From contig NC_088793.1 in the NCBI RefSeq assembly GCF_011386835.1, forward strand, positions 129,890,001 through 129,954,000: a DNA stretch of 64,000 nt. Reading direction: 5' to 3'. The DNA comes from Chrysemys picta bellii. Taxonomy: Eukaryota. This document shows, piece by piece, positions 37,917 through 49,655 of the stretch; positions within the stretch are counted from its first letter, which is position 1; every line of letters begins with the position of its first letter. The notes under the pieces were generated by a model, which made no database searches, was not told the origin of the DNA, and was given only the letters and a program-made list of their open reading frames with translations. Made by a program: the position numbers and the translations under genes.

Positions 37917-38488
37917 AGCAAGGGCCTATGAGCAACACCAAACAACAGACTCAGGTCCAGCCATCCTCTCTCCTTTGTTTTTGATGTCTGCACACACCTG
38001 CCTGCTGAGCCTTCAGTCCCGCGTAGGAAAGTGAACCTCATGGGGTTAACTGGGTGATGCCAAGTATTATAGGTAAGAGCCATACTCCACTCCTCCTTTA
38101 CTGCCGCTTTAGCTAGTATGCGTTTTCCCTCTCTCAGCTCGTTATGTGGTTGAATAAAGCAGCCTGTTCCCAGCCTGCAGTACTGTAGGTGAAGTGTTTC
38201 TTGTTCACAGAGTGGTCCCCTGACAAATGTGGTGAGGAAGAAAAAGGTAAGAATGGCAATTTATGGGGAAATTGAGGCATTTAAACAGAAAATGAGGATT
38301 AACAGCAATACACTGAAAGATTAGGCCACCATTCCCTTGTAAATTAGATGACAGACAAGGACAAACAGAAAGCCATTTTCGCCAGCGCCTATGGCAGTAA
38401 AACTTACTCCCTCTTAAGGAGTTTGTTCTAGCCTCAGAAACCAGGCAATAAAAGTTCTGAAAACCTGCAAAAGATCTTAACCAAGCAA

Positions 38489-39190
38489 GGTAACAGGGTT
38501 CACTACTCACCACTTGCATGCCTTCTAGCAGCCCATCTGGGAATTAGCTCGCCACGGTTAGATGCCCCTTCCATAGTCACCTGTTGTCTCAATCATACCA
38601 TCCAGGACTCTGGGTGGTCTTCATCTTTGTGACTCAGCCCAGGTCACTTTAGTTCTCCCCTTCCAGGGAGATGTCAAGGTCTCTCTGGACAAGATGCTGT
38701 TCCAGGCAGGCCTGTGTTTTATGGCCAAGGCTGTGCCACTTCCCAGGGCTAGTAGGGAAAACCCAGCTCTGCCCTCTACTCCAGGTTCGAGACCAGGGAC
38801 CTATGGTCTACTTACACCCAGCCCTGGTTGCTACTTCCCAAGGATTTCTGCAGCTTCCTCTTTCAAACCTTTGCCACCTCTGGGTTTACCACCCATCTGA
38901 GCTTCCTCCACTCCCTGTGGCTATTTCTCCCTTTGGCTTCTTGGCAGGCCTTGATAATCTCTAACAAACCTCCCTCCCGTAAGGGAGTCACTGCAGACAC
39001 TTTCCCCCTGCAGCCCCTTTCTGTTCCTAGCCTGACAGAAGCCCTGCCTGTGCCAGCCCAGGTGAGCTTCATCCTTAATTAAGCATTATTGAGCCCTGGC
39101 TCCCCTCCAGGTGCAGCCTATGCAGTTAATTGGTCCATTTTAGCCTCCCTTAACCCCTTCAGTTCAGCTGCAGGGAAACACCCCATCACA
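38489..39190 (-). mobile_element. Solo LTR (probably Gypsy-type)
   Basis: On the minus strand it starts TGTGATGGGG and ends gtgaaccctgttacc (a degenerate ...CA). It is about 700 bp with LTR-like composition. No clear TSD. Confidence 0.55.
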
Positions 39191-39847
39191 ACCACTGCAC
39201 ACCAAAGCCAGATGTTGCTGTGAAACATTTCACACTAGAATGAGGGGGAAAAGGTGAAAGCGTAGCTGGGTATGTGGCAGAGTCAACAAGATGAACAGAG
39301 TATTGCTCATTTGGAAATGTCCTAGGGTCTACGTGGCAGGATAGATTTGTTTAAATTCTCTCATTAGTAATGCCACAAAGACAATTGCTGGCAGTGGGAA
39401 CTTAACCTGGTCCAAAGCTGTAGAATTAGCCAAAACGACGGCAGCAGCAGTGAAAAACTTGTAAGATTTGTACTTGGAATGCAGGGAGAATCAAACTGAC
39501 TCAATAAACAAAATGTATCACGGATTGGAAGGGACTCAGGCTCCTGAGGGGGTTTCCACAGTGGAGGAGCTCGTTTTGCATCAGTTTGTAAATTTAAAAC
39601 GGCCCAGTGTCATTAATGCCTAGAGATTGAACACTTAGCCAGCAAATGCAAAGGCAACTATCAAACGGCATCAAGTCCCTGAGGGCAGACCCCAAAAGAC
39701 CAGAGGCAAAGGAAGAAAGCAGGCGGCTTTTTATCTTGTGGGGGAGGAAGACAGAGGAGGAGGTGCACACTATGTACTGTCTAAAAGGGAAGAAAGTGGG
39801 ATCTTATGAAGTAATGGTAGAGTTAAACAGTCAGTACATATGGAAGT

Positions 39848-40125
39848 CAAGTATCAGGAAGTAGCCGTGTTAGTCTGTATCTACAAAAACAACAAGGAGT
39901 CTGGTGACACCTTAAAGACTAACCGATTTATTTGGGCATAAGCTTTTGTGGGTAAAAACCTCACTTCTTCAGATGTGTAGGGGGAACTGCAGAGGTAGCA
40001 TTGTACCACATCTGTGCCACCCAGATTTTATGCTGCATCTGAAGAAGTGAGGTTTTTACTCACGAAAGCTTATGCCCAAATAAATCTGTTAGTCTTTAAG
40101 GTGCCACCAGACTCCTTGTTGTTTT
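39848..40125. mobile_element. Penelope-like element remnant: two head-to-head termini around a 60-nt spacer
   Basis: Inverted arms 39886-39975 and 40036-40125 match at 86/90 nt and contain a hammerhead-type core. Flanking duplication agtacatatg(g/t)aagt at 39833-39847 and 40126-40140. Confidence 0.8.
40035..40075 (+). ncRNA. Minimal (type I, palindromic stem III) hammerhead ribozyme motif
   Basis: gcat-CTGAAGA-a-gtgag(gttttta)ctcac-GAAA-gc-TT^atgc. Stem I is 4 bp, stem II is 5 bp, and the palindromic AAGCTT replaces stem III. Confidence 0.7.
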
Positions 40126-40436
40126 AGTACATATGTAAGTAGATTTAGGGGCTTCAGCTACTGCAGTCGAATATACATATTAGCAGTGCCAAGCAGGACT
40201 GAGCCCACTAGTGAACGCAGGAGAGACCCTGCAAACCTACACCGGGGAACTCATCCATGTGGTCAGTTCTGTGCTTGTTGCTGTAAAATATAAAAGCCAA
40301 AAGAAAAAGTTCCCAGTTCCAGTGATCTGGGAACCAAGGCCAAATCTGTTAGGCAGATATTAGGGGAAGTCAGTCTCTGGCTGCCAATGAAAGATACAAT
40401 CCTGTGAGAGAGAGAAGAGACCCTGGTTATTTAAAA

Positions 40437-40783
40437 CAGAGGTTTTCAACCTTTTTCTTTCTGAGCCACCCCCCGCTATAAAACTCCACAGCCCACCTGT
40501 GCTACAATAACTGGTTTTCTGCATATAAAAGCCAGAGCCACTGTTGGGGGGTAGCAAATAGGGCAATTGCCCAGAGCCCCACACCACAGGGGCCCTCGCA
40601 AAGCTACATTGCTCAGGCTTCAGCTTCAGCCCAGGTGGTGAGGGTTAGGGTCCCAGACTTCAGCCCCATGCAATGGGGCTTTGGCTTTCTGCCCTGGGCC
40701 GCAGCGAGTCTAATGATGGTCCTGCTTGGTGCCCCGCCCTGAAACCTGCTCATAGCCCCCAGGCCCCTGATTGAGAACCACTG
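40437..40783. mobile_element. hAT (Buster/Charlie-like) MITE
   Basis: TIRs cagaggttttcaa / ttgagaaccactg. Perfect TSD atttaaaa. Confidence 0.9.
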
Positions 40784-42702
40784 ATTTAAAAGACTACATC
40801 CAGGATGCAAATTAAAGGGTGAGTGTAGTCAAGTTGTCATCAAGGGGTTAACTGGTTACTCAGAGTATTATGGGTTGGATCCATGCTCCACTCCTCCCTT
40901 ACTTCCTGTTTGATTACTCTGTTTCCCCCCCCCCCCCTTTTTATGTAGCTAAAGAAAGCAGCAGGTTCTCAGCCTGCCGTACTGTAAGTAAAGTGTTTTT
41001 CTTGTGCACCGAGCAATCTCTTTACAAAAGTCAGCTTTGCTGCTGCCGCTCCTGAGAAACACCCTTTTGCAGACTGTGGCTGTGAGCTCCTTTCAGAGCA
41101 GTGCAGGAGCGTGATGCAACTATCCATCCAGAAATCAGTGAAGCTGACAAGCCCCAAAGGCCTGTCAAATTCAGAATGGGAACAAACTGGAAAACAGAGA
41201 GGGGAAAATGAATATTTGGCAAATCTGTCTATCTCCTGATAAGCTTAGGGGGTTACTTCAAGCCATATCAGGTGCAACATTTTCAGATGAAAATGTGATT
41301 TTTTTTCCCAATTGTTGAGTCCCTTTAACTACAGCGCCTGCAGCATTTTATTGTGTGAGAAAGCTTAACCCCGTGTTACTTGGCTAATGAAAAGCAGTGG
41401 TGAATTGGATTTTTATTTCTTGCTGCTGCTGTCCTAGGAGCTTACATGTCATGATTCAAACAACTGGGCGTGAATTTGCAGCATTATCTTGTTAATAGGA
41501 ATGCAGCCCCTCCGGCAACAGGGTAGAGTCATCGCATGGATTTACTTCCAATAGGTGGGCACAAAGCCGCCTTTCTGCATTCAAAACAAGGAAATGCCTC
41601 ATATACAGAACGGGGGGGGGGGGGTGTGTGTTTTCCAGGCCAAACAGGATGGATCTGCCTATGCTGCCTGGCCCCCAGTGTCAGGTTTAGATGGGATGGA
41701 TTCTGTGCTCAGGGAGGGGCAGCACAGAATACAGCCCAGCGGGGAGGGGAGGGTGGGCAGAGGTAGCATTGTGCCACATCTGTGCCACCCAGATTTTATG
41801 CTGCTGAGGGGATCAATGTGTCTTTTCCCCTTCCCACCCCCAGCTCTAATTTACAGCAGCCTCCTGAGGGCTGCCTAGGGGCTGCTACAGCATGAGACCA
41901 TTGCCAACCCCAACTGTTCAGGAATCGTGCATCAGCCGTCTGGAAAGATAGTTAGATTGCCTTAAAAAGCACTTTAATGGCCCCTGTACACCGCCACCAC
42001 AGTGGCATACGTGGGCAGAGAGGTGAATGGGCCCCTCAGCCATATTTTCCACAGCAGCAGACACAAGGGACTAAGTCAACTGCCCTAATGATGGCTTAAC
42101 TCACCCCCAAACATCTCTTGTATAGGGGGAACTGAGCTGCTGTAGCTCCTCCCCACTTCCTGCAGCCAGTGCACAGGGAGCTGGGAAGGCTACCATAACA
42201 ACCACGGCTGCCAGAACAGCCCCTTGGAGTCACAAGCAACCCTTAGGCTGCTCTAAGTTGCTCTGTGGAGACTGTTCTGGAGCAGACTGGCCCTGGGTCA
42301 GTGGAGCACTGCAGTCCATGGTTACCTTTGCATGTGCCTGAGCTGACCGGAGTGCTACGTGGGGGTAACTTGAGACATGGCCAACTCAGCAGCAACACTG
42401 CGTTGCAGCTGCAGAAGAAATGCAGACTTGCCCACAGAAATGTGGCTTGGCTGACCGGAGTTGTTAAACTAGGGGAGGACTCCTCATTTGACAAGGTTTA
42501 ATCCAATCGTGTGGCAGCTGTGGGTATTCAGTACATCAAGTCCTATTTTCTCAGTATAGTGCCCATAGGAAGCAGTGTGTGTGTGTGTGTGGGCGCGATG
42601 CTGGGGAGTTACATTAGACCTGAGGAAGTGTAAGGTAAAAGCTGTTAGTCTCAGCCTGTACTAATGTGCGAAAATCAAATTGTTTTCACCAAAATGATAA
42701 AA

Positions 42703-43878
42703 GTAGTAGTATTTTTCAATTCACCTCATACAAGTACTGAAGTGTAATCTCTTTATTGTGAAAGTGCAACTTATAAATGTTGATTTTTTGTTACATTTTA
42801 TTTTTGAGTGCAGTTATGTAAAACTTTAGAGCCTACAAGTCCACTCAGTCCTACTTCTTGTTCAGCCAATCGCTAAGAGAAACAAGTTTGTTTACATTTA
42901 CGGGAGGTAATGCTGCCTGCTTCTGCTATGTCACCTGAAAGTGAGAACAGGTGTTCGTATGACACTTTTGTAGCTGGCATTGCAAGATATTTACGTGCCA
43001 GATGCGCTCAAGATTATTCCTCTTCATGCTTTGGCCATCGTTCCAGAGGACATGCTTCCATGCTGATGGCGCTCATTAAAAAATAATGCCTTAATTAAAT
43101 TTGTGACTGAACTCCTTGGGTAGAATTGTATGTCTCCTGCTGTTTTACCCTCAATCTGCATATATTTCATGTTATAGCAGTCTTGGATGAGGACCCAGCA
43201 CATGTTCATTTTAAGAATACTTTCACTGCAAATTTGACAAACTGCAAAGATGATACCAATATGAAATTTCTAAAGATAGCTACAGCACTTGACCCAAGAT
43301 TTAAGAATTTGAAGTGCCTTCCAAAATCTGAGAGGGACGAGGTGTGAAGCATGCTTTCAGAAGTCTTAAAAGAGCAACACTCTAATGCGGAAACTATAGA
43401 ACCCAAACCACCAAAAAAGAAAAACAACCTTCTGCAGGTGGCATCTGATTCAGATGATGAAAATAAACATGCTTTGGATCGTTATCTAGCAGAATCTGTC
43501 ATCAGCATGGACGCATGTTCTCTGGAATGGTGGTTGAAGCATCAGGGGACAATCTTTAGCACATCTGTCATGTAAATATCTTGCGGCGCCGGCTACAACA
43601 GTGCCATGCAAACGCCTGTTCTCACTTTCAGGTAACATTATAAACAAGAAGCAGGCAGCATTATCTTCTGCAAATGTAAACATACCTGTTTGTTTGAACA
43701 ATTGGCTGAGCAAGAAATAGGACTGATTGGACTTGTAGGCTATAAAGTTTGACGTTGTAGAAAATGTAGAAAACATCAAAAAATATTTAAATAAATGGTA
43801 TTCTATTATTGTTTAATCACACAATTTTTTTTAATCGCGTGATTAATCATGATTTTTTTAAATTGCTTGACAGCCCTA
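42703..43878 (+). mobile_element. Left-truncated copy of the palindromic hAT derivative, with transposase C-terminal remnant
   Basis: Remnant peptides KIATALDPRFKNLKCLPKSERDEV and LDRYLAESVISMDACSLEWWLKH resemble hAT/ZBED1-like C-terminal (dimerisation-region) sequence. It ends gcttgacagcccta and is homologous to 56020-57704. Confidence 0.85.
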
Positions 43879-45415
43879 CATTCAATAAAAAGATAGAAAA
43901 GCAGTTAATGGAAATCTATTATTCAGACATTTGAATTCAGCACTGAAAATGAATCGAGTCTCAAATGAGTATTTTGGAATACAGAATTGTTAAGAGAATT
44001 AATTAGATCTAAATGAGTATTTAATTTGTAATAGTTATATTTATTGGTAGTCAAGATTTTCAGAAATCAGCATAGAGATGGAACATCAGAGATTTCTCAT
44101 AGATGGAAGGAAGAACTACATAGATTATTCGGGGGAAGACTGAGTTTGATGTAGAGGCGGGATAAATTTGTATCAAATACTATACAGGTTACTTAATTAC
44201 ATTTTCACGCCAAGCAGTATGGGATACAATTCCACTTGGCAGTGTATATTAAATGTGATATACCGGTATATAGAAGTGGACATGGCCACTCTTTGCATAC
44301 AGTTTGAAAATGTAGAAAAATTGCAACTTTTTGTCTCATGTAATCCCTATGTTTTAATATAACTTCTAAATGAAAAAGAAAAGTCTCTTTTGTTTACTGT
44401 CATTTGACAGGGTTATTTGTTTTCACCCAAATATGAATATAGCTCAGTAATGTCTTCTATAAAGGTCTGTTTTTACCCACTGATATTACAGGATTCCAGT
44501 ACACAGAGGGATAATGATTTATGTCTCAGAGGTAGGGGTGGTTAAGATGGTGGCAGTGCTTAAATTCTGGTGTAGCCCCACAATCACCTAGCAGGGCTGG
44601 ATAGGTTAGGTGTCCATCTCCTCAGGGACCACATGGCTGTGTTTATATTTTCCCTCCAGCAAACTAAGGGCCCATGAAGGACAATGGGAGTTTTGCTATT
44701 TATGTCAGTGGGGACTGGCCCTGGGAACTCTGATTAGCAGTGCTGACTAGTCAATGAACAGCAAGGGTGTTCTCCAATTCACTCTGGACTTTGTCCAGAA
44801 AGTTCTCAGTGTGATGCCTTGGGGGGTGAGGGTTTTCCGAGGGGCCCAGCATTGGCGTGATTCCTGACCTGAGCTAGACCAACACTAAGCACTGTTGAAA
44901 GTCTCACCCCAAGTGAATGCCCCTGCAAGAGCTCCATCCCCGCCACTGTTATTCCCTCCCATTTGCCTCATTAGAGAACCTCATTTTCCCCACCTATCTA
45001 AATCTCTGCTGCTAGTGTTGCCAGATGCTGTTCTTCCCTGCTGGAAGAATCAGGGAAACCAGGTATGTTGGAGGAATGAAGCAGGACCCTGACCCTCCTG
45101 AAACTCCCAGCAGTAAAAGACTTTCATGCCCACAACAGCACTCTTTAGAGGCCACAGAGAGCCAGGAAACTGGTCCTGAAGAGGAAAATACACCCTCGAT
45201 AAGAGTTTCCTACAGGTTAACATTTAAACTCACTTACATATAACTTTTCTCCAGTGAAGACACCTGTAAAAAAAATTTTTTTTTTTTTTTTTTTAAAAAG
45301 ACACTCATGAAACAGTCAAATGGATCAAAGCATTTGGAAACAGCGGCCAGATTCTGGGTGCATGAAACCAAATAATTATAGCATCAACCACAATCTTATC
45401 TATAAAGTAATTTTC

Positions 45416-45421
45416 TTTATT
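45416..45421 (-). terminator. Candidate GALNT2 polyadenylation signal (AATAAA on -)
   Basis: tttatt on +. About 25 nt downstream on - the sequence reads gattgtggttgatgc, a GU-rich element. Confidence 0.55.
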
Positions 45422-46234
45422 TAAGTTAAAGTTTTCAAGGATGGTTTCCATCTATAAAATGAACAAAGTACAAGCTCTGTACAGCAGATTTCTTTTTAAA
45501 CCAACTGAAAAGACAATTTCCAAACTATATTTTGAAAATTTGCAAAACAAGCTCACATGTACCATCATTTTTGCTTTGAAGACTATAAGAAAAGATCTTT
45601 CAGAGACGACTCCATCACAATTTGATTCAGGGGTTCTTAGGAATTTTACCTTTCTTAAAAAGGGGCTCATAATAATCCTGATACTTTAAAAATAATTAAA
45701 TCACAGTAAATAACTTTGGCACACAGTCATGTAAACATATCTAACAAAAGGATACAACCTCTTTTCTGTTCTGCGCCCACGACACATACAGTGATGCTGT
45801 CTATTGTACAGCTCCAGACGCATCTGCATAGCTTCCATGGGGTTTAAAGATATATTTCTATTTCACAATATGTAGGATGACATTTAAAGACTTGGTTTGC
45901 AATCAAGATGGGGGGAGGGGTGGAATTTATAAAAATTAAGACTTTTTACTAATGATCTTGCTTAGAGGTAGAAATCAGAACAGTCAACCTTATCCAGACT
46001 CGTTCCTGATTTCAGTTAGCAGTAGCATGTCCATTTGCTAAGCTGCAAGTCACAGAGGGAAATGCAGCATAGTATGAATTTAGTGCACCTTTTAAATTCT
46101 CTTCTCTCAGAACAATTAGACCATAATGAATTTGCTGCTGAGATCAGTCTTCAAGAATTCAACGTTTATTCTCAAGAGTAGCAGCAATCCCCACCATGAC
46201 TGAATCACGTCCCTCTGCAAACTCAGCTAGTTTA

Positions 46235-46481
46235 GGCCTAATATACACGTAAAAGTTAGGTTGACCTAGCTACATTGCTCGGGGGTGTGAAAAACCGACA
46301 CCACAGAGACAGAGTTAAGCTGACATAAGCCCCAGTATAGACACTGCTAGGTCAATGGATCAATTTTTCTGTGGACCTAGCTAACTCCCTCTAAAGCAGA
46401 TTTGCTACAGTGACAGAAAAACCCCTTACATTGCTATAGCAAGTGTCTGGTTTCTGTTGTGCCTGTAGCATAGACAAAACC
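46235..46481. mobile_element. PIF/Harbinger-type MITE within the inferred GALNT2 3' UTR
   Basis: Degenerate ends ggcctaatatacac / gcatagacaaaacc, flanked by TTA and TCA. The interior resembles 16160-16257. Confidence 0.55.
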
Positions 46482-48514
46482 TCAAAGGGTGTGGATGGTC
46501 AGAAATTGAAGGCTGAAAAGTTGTTTATCCACTGCATGCCACCTTGAAACAGGCAAATGCCCAGGGTTTTTACTAGAGGAGATAAAAGGATTGAAGGGTG
46601 AAGGAAGAAGGAAGAAGAGAGAGATCCCTCCTCTTCATGTATTTGTAGGAGAGTTGGACAGAAGGGAGGAGCGCTGATTCAATCTCTTCCCCAAGTGTTC
46701 CTGGTACATCCAAAAGGACACCTGTGTAGATCCACAAATGCATGTTAAGCAACTCCAACTCATACATCAGACACATTTATGGGCCTCTTACTTCAATGTC
46801 TGTCACGCAAAGTAAAAACCATTTTGCATGGAGAGATTCCACTTACTGTACTAAATGCAGCCAGAAAGGAAAGTGCAGCTCATGACATACTCTACTCCCA
46901 GAGACTCAGAAAAAGGAAAAGAACACTGCCATAGTACGGTTTAGTAACAATATTTCTAAATCTCTCTTTATAATCAGCCCCTAGGCTGTTTGAGATCCAT
47001 TATCTTCCCAAACTAGATTTTACATTGCTCATCTCCAAGTTATCAATGCAGTGTTTATTATTGCCAGCACCAATTCTTTGTTTTGTTTTGTTTTATTTTA
47101 AAAACAAATGTTTCAGTGAGCTTTTAACAAATCATATAGTCTAGGCAAACATAAGCAAGTAGGTCAATGTTGGGGTCAAGTTAACTTTGACAGCATTGTT
47201 TTAACACAAAAATGATGTTAATTGGGCTGAAGCTGTAAATTGCATTTGTTCTAAGGTTAAAAACACCACTTGGCATCTGCTGGTACCCACAGTAGAGCCT
47301 GGATCAGTTTCAAAAATTCTGTTTGGAGGAATAAAAAAAAAAGTAGGATCCCCTATAGCAGGTTTATAAATTAAACAAGTGGAACTCTGCTGATCCTTGC
47401 AGATTAAAACGTATGATGATCTTGTGCTATCTGTATACAGTGATGCTACTATTCTGTCTTATCCTGACTCATTAAGAGAAAGAAATTAAGCTGATCAGGG
47501 TCGTGCTTAAAAAAACAAACTGTGCTGAACCCCGATGGCTGCACCTGTGAAAGAGCTGCACTGCTTATATAATTTTTTTTAATAAAAGAAAAAAGTATTT
47601 TAAAGACCAAGTACTAGAGAAATGTTCAACATAAATATCAAGTACAAGTTTACAGATACCCAGGGCACACGTACTGAATTCCCAGTCAGAAGAGACAATC
47701 CAAGCAATGATGTGTGCAGATCCATCAGTTTGTTCTGCTGTTTCCTCTTCCTCTTCTTGAGTTCCATAATCTCCACAGATAGTGAAGTGCTAAGAAGTAG
47801 GTCCAGTTTGCAAAGCAAAAGCATCCAGTGTTAGCATGGACATGACACACCTTCACACAGTTTTGTTCCCTCAACAGTCCAATCCTCTTTCCGGTTTAAG
47901 TATGTTAATCACTTGGTTGATAATTACAAGATGAGGAAAATTGATAAACAGTTGGGAACTGATAAAATATATATATTATATATATATGTATAATATATAT
48001 ATTTAGAGTCCATCATAAAAAAGTTCATATTCAAATATACCAATTACACATGGAAAAAACCTTCAAAATGACACTTCAGCTTCTGGAAACCACAAATGAT
48101 GATTTCTATGTAAATGGAGATTTCAATTTCTCCTAGCAGTTTATTTTCCCCAGTCTCCCTCCCCCCACCCTATTCCCCTCCCTCCTTCTGCGTGTTAAGA
48201 TCCATTTTCTACTGTACATCAATTGTTTCTAGGGATGTTAATCATCTGCTGTGCAAGTACTAAACTGAAGTCAGACAGGAACTGAGAAGTCTTTACACCA
48301 GAAGGGAACTTTGCTGCATACGTTCAGTGAGATAATTGCAGTGTTCCACGTCCCCTTGGTTCCCTTGTGTTCAGCTTTGTTCTCTCCTACTTTCAGACGA
48401 AGATGGAATACTGAGGTATATAAGTTCCGTGGAAAGTTTAAGAAATATATCAGTAATGCAATCAAAACTTTGCCCAATGTCTAGGAAACAAGATGGCGTT
48501 GTGTGTAAGCCCTT

Positions 48515-48670
48515 CTACTGCTGTAGATTAAGTGTGAATTTCCATTGTTGCGACAGAGAAGGATTGCAGACCTCAACAGTAAGACCGCCATTTTTGGCAT
48601 TTCGGCTGTCTAGACACAGATTACTGCCAACATGTCTCAGTTTAGAGTTGCTCTCAATTTGCTCCCATTT
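48515..48670 (-). CDS. GALNT2: GALNT2 last coding exon including the stop codon
   Basis: Acceptor ttttttttccag|AAA. Translates [51 protein letters not shown] then TAG. Confidence 0.97.
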   Translation of the reverse strand, partial: KWEQIESNSKLRHVGSNLCLDSRNAKNGGLTVEVCNPSLSQQWKFTLNLQQ

Positions 48671-49259
48671 CTGGAAAAAAAAATGAAGTAATGAGCTATC
48701 CAAGCGTGGATAAAAATGTGTTTCATGTTCTGCCTTCCTAGTTCTCCGTCCTCAAATCCCTCCCCGGCCTCTGTTTGTGGTAATTCTGAATACCGAGACA
48801 ATAGTTTAGATACTGTCCTTTAAAGACTTGTCCAAACTATCACAAGCTATGCTAAAGCAACCATTAATCCAGCTAATACTTTGCACTAGAAATGGAGGTT
48901 ACACTGAGTCATTTTGTCCAGCTCTCTCCTCAAATACATACAATCCCAATGCAGTGCCAGGTTAGAGGCCTGCAAAGCCTGCAGCTGTGGTCCCCCCGAC
49001 CTGCGGGACATAGAAATGTCAGCACTAACTTCAGTGCTCCCCCCCGCCCAATGTTTTAAAATTGTAAATCACAAGAACTGATCCCCAAGCGGGTCTTTCA
49101 GAGGTTGTGGAAACCATGGTCATAGATCCCTCAAATTTTTGGAACCCACCTAATTAATTTGTGGCTGTTAAAAGCAGCATTGTCCAGGGCAATGCTGAGG
49201 ACACTTGTCTGATTGACCAAGTATGGGACTAAGAACAAGGGACTCCTGTGTTCTATTTC

Positions 49260-49350
49260 TGGCTGACAGTTTCCCACTGTGACCCTTGTCAAGAACTCTC
49301 TTCCTTGGTTTCCCTATTTGTTAAAATAGGGATGATACTTGTCCTGCCTT
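49260..49350 (+). mobile_element. MIR/CORE remnant
   Basis: ctgtgacccttgtcaag...ggtttccctatttgttaaaatagggatgata. Confidence 0.55.
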
Positions 49351-49655
49351 TAAGGGTGGAGTTTGTGACAATGTTGGTAAATACTGTAACTAGAATGCCC
49401 ACAAACCCTCTGACAGATGGGGACCTAGCAGCTCGCAGCCTATTCAAAGAACTGACCTTTGCCAAATTTTCTTAAATATTGGCAACTGTGCAGAGATTCT
49501 GGCATAAGCAGAAGTGGTCTCCTCTCCTGGATGAGAAGACTGAGGGGGTTGGGCTGACAGAGGGAAGGGAGATATCTGAAGTTCTGACCCAAACATATTT
49601 TGTAAAACGAATCCATTAAGTTTGGTTGTACCCCCAGTTAACATTCTCACTAAAT

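Larger units (their letters stand above)
45395..48514 (-). other. GALNT2: GALNT2 3' UTR (about 3.1 kb, inferred)
   Basis: Runs from the stop codon to an AATAAA on the minus strand, followed by a GT-rich downstream element. The content is AU-rich. The end is inferred. Confidence 0.55.

Noticed and set aside
36312-37984. Stack of ORFs up to 165 aa and apparent CpG island
   Set aside because: Fully explained by three adjacent TSD-bounded MITEs. Not a promoter or gene.
38480-39200. TSD for the minus-strand solo LTR
   Set aside because: The flanks (gcaa / acca) do not match, so no TSD is claimed and the boundaries stay tentative.
39474-39484. TTGGAATGCAG, similar to the reported human PGBD5 signal sequence
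   Set aside because: An imperfect 11-mer with no inverted partner. Such matches are expected by chance, and the motif was defined in human.
39150-40851. ttaacccctt ... aaggggttaa pair resembling piggyBac TTAA-CCC ends near PGBD5
   Set aside because: Only 10 bp match, the left motif lies inside an LTR, and there is no further TIR similarity. Probably chance.
43126-43575. hAT transposase-like ORFs as a possible ZBED gene
   Set aside because: Only the C-terminal remnant is present, with stops and frameshifts, inside a non-autonomous element.
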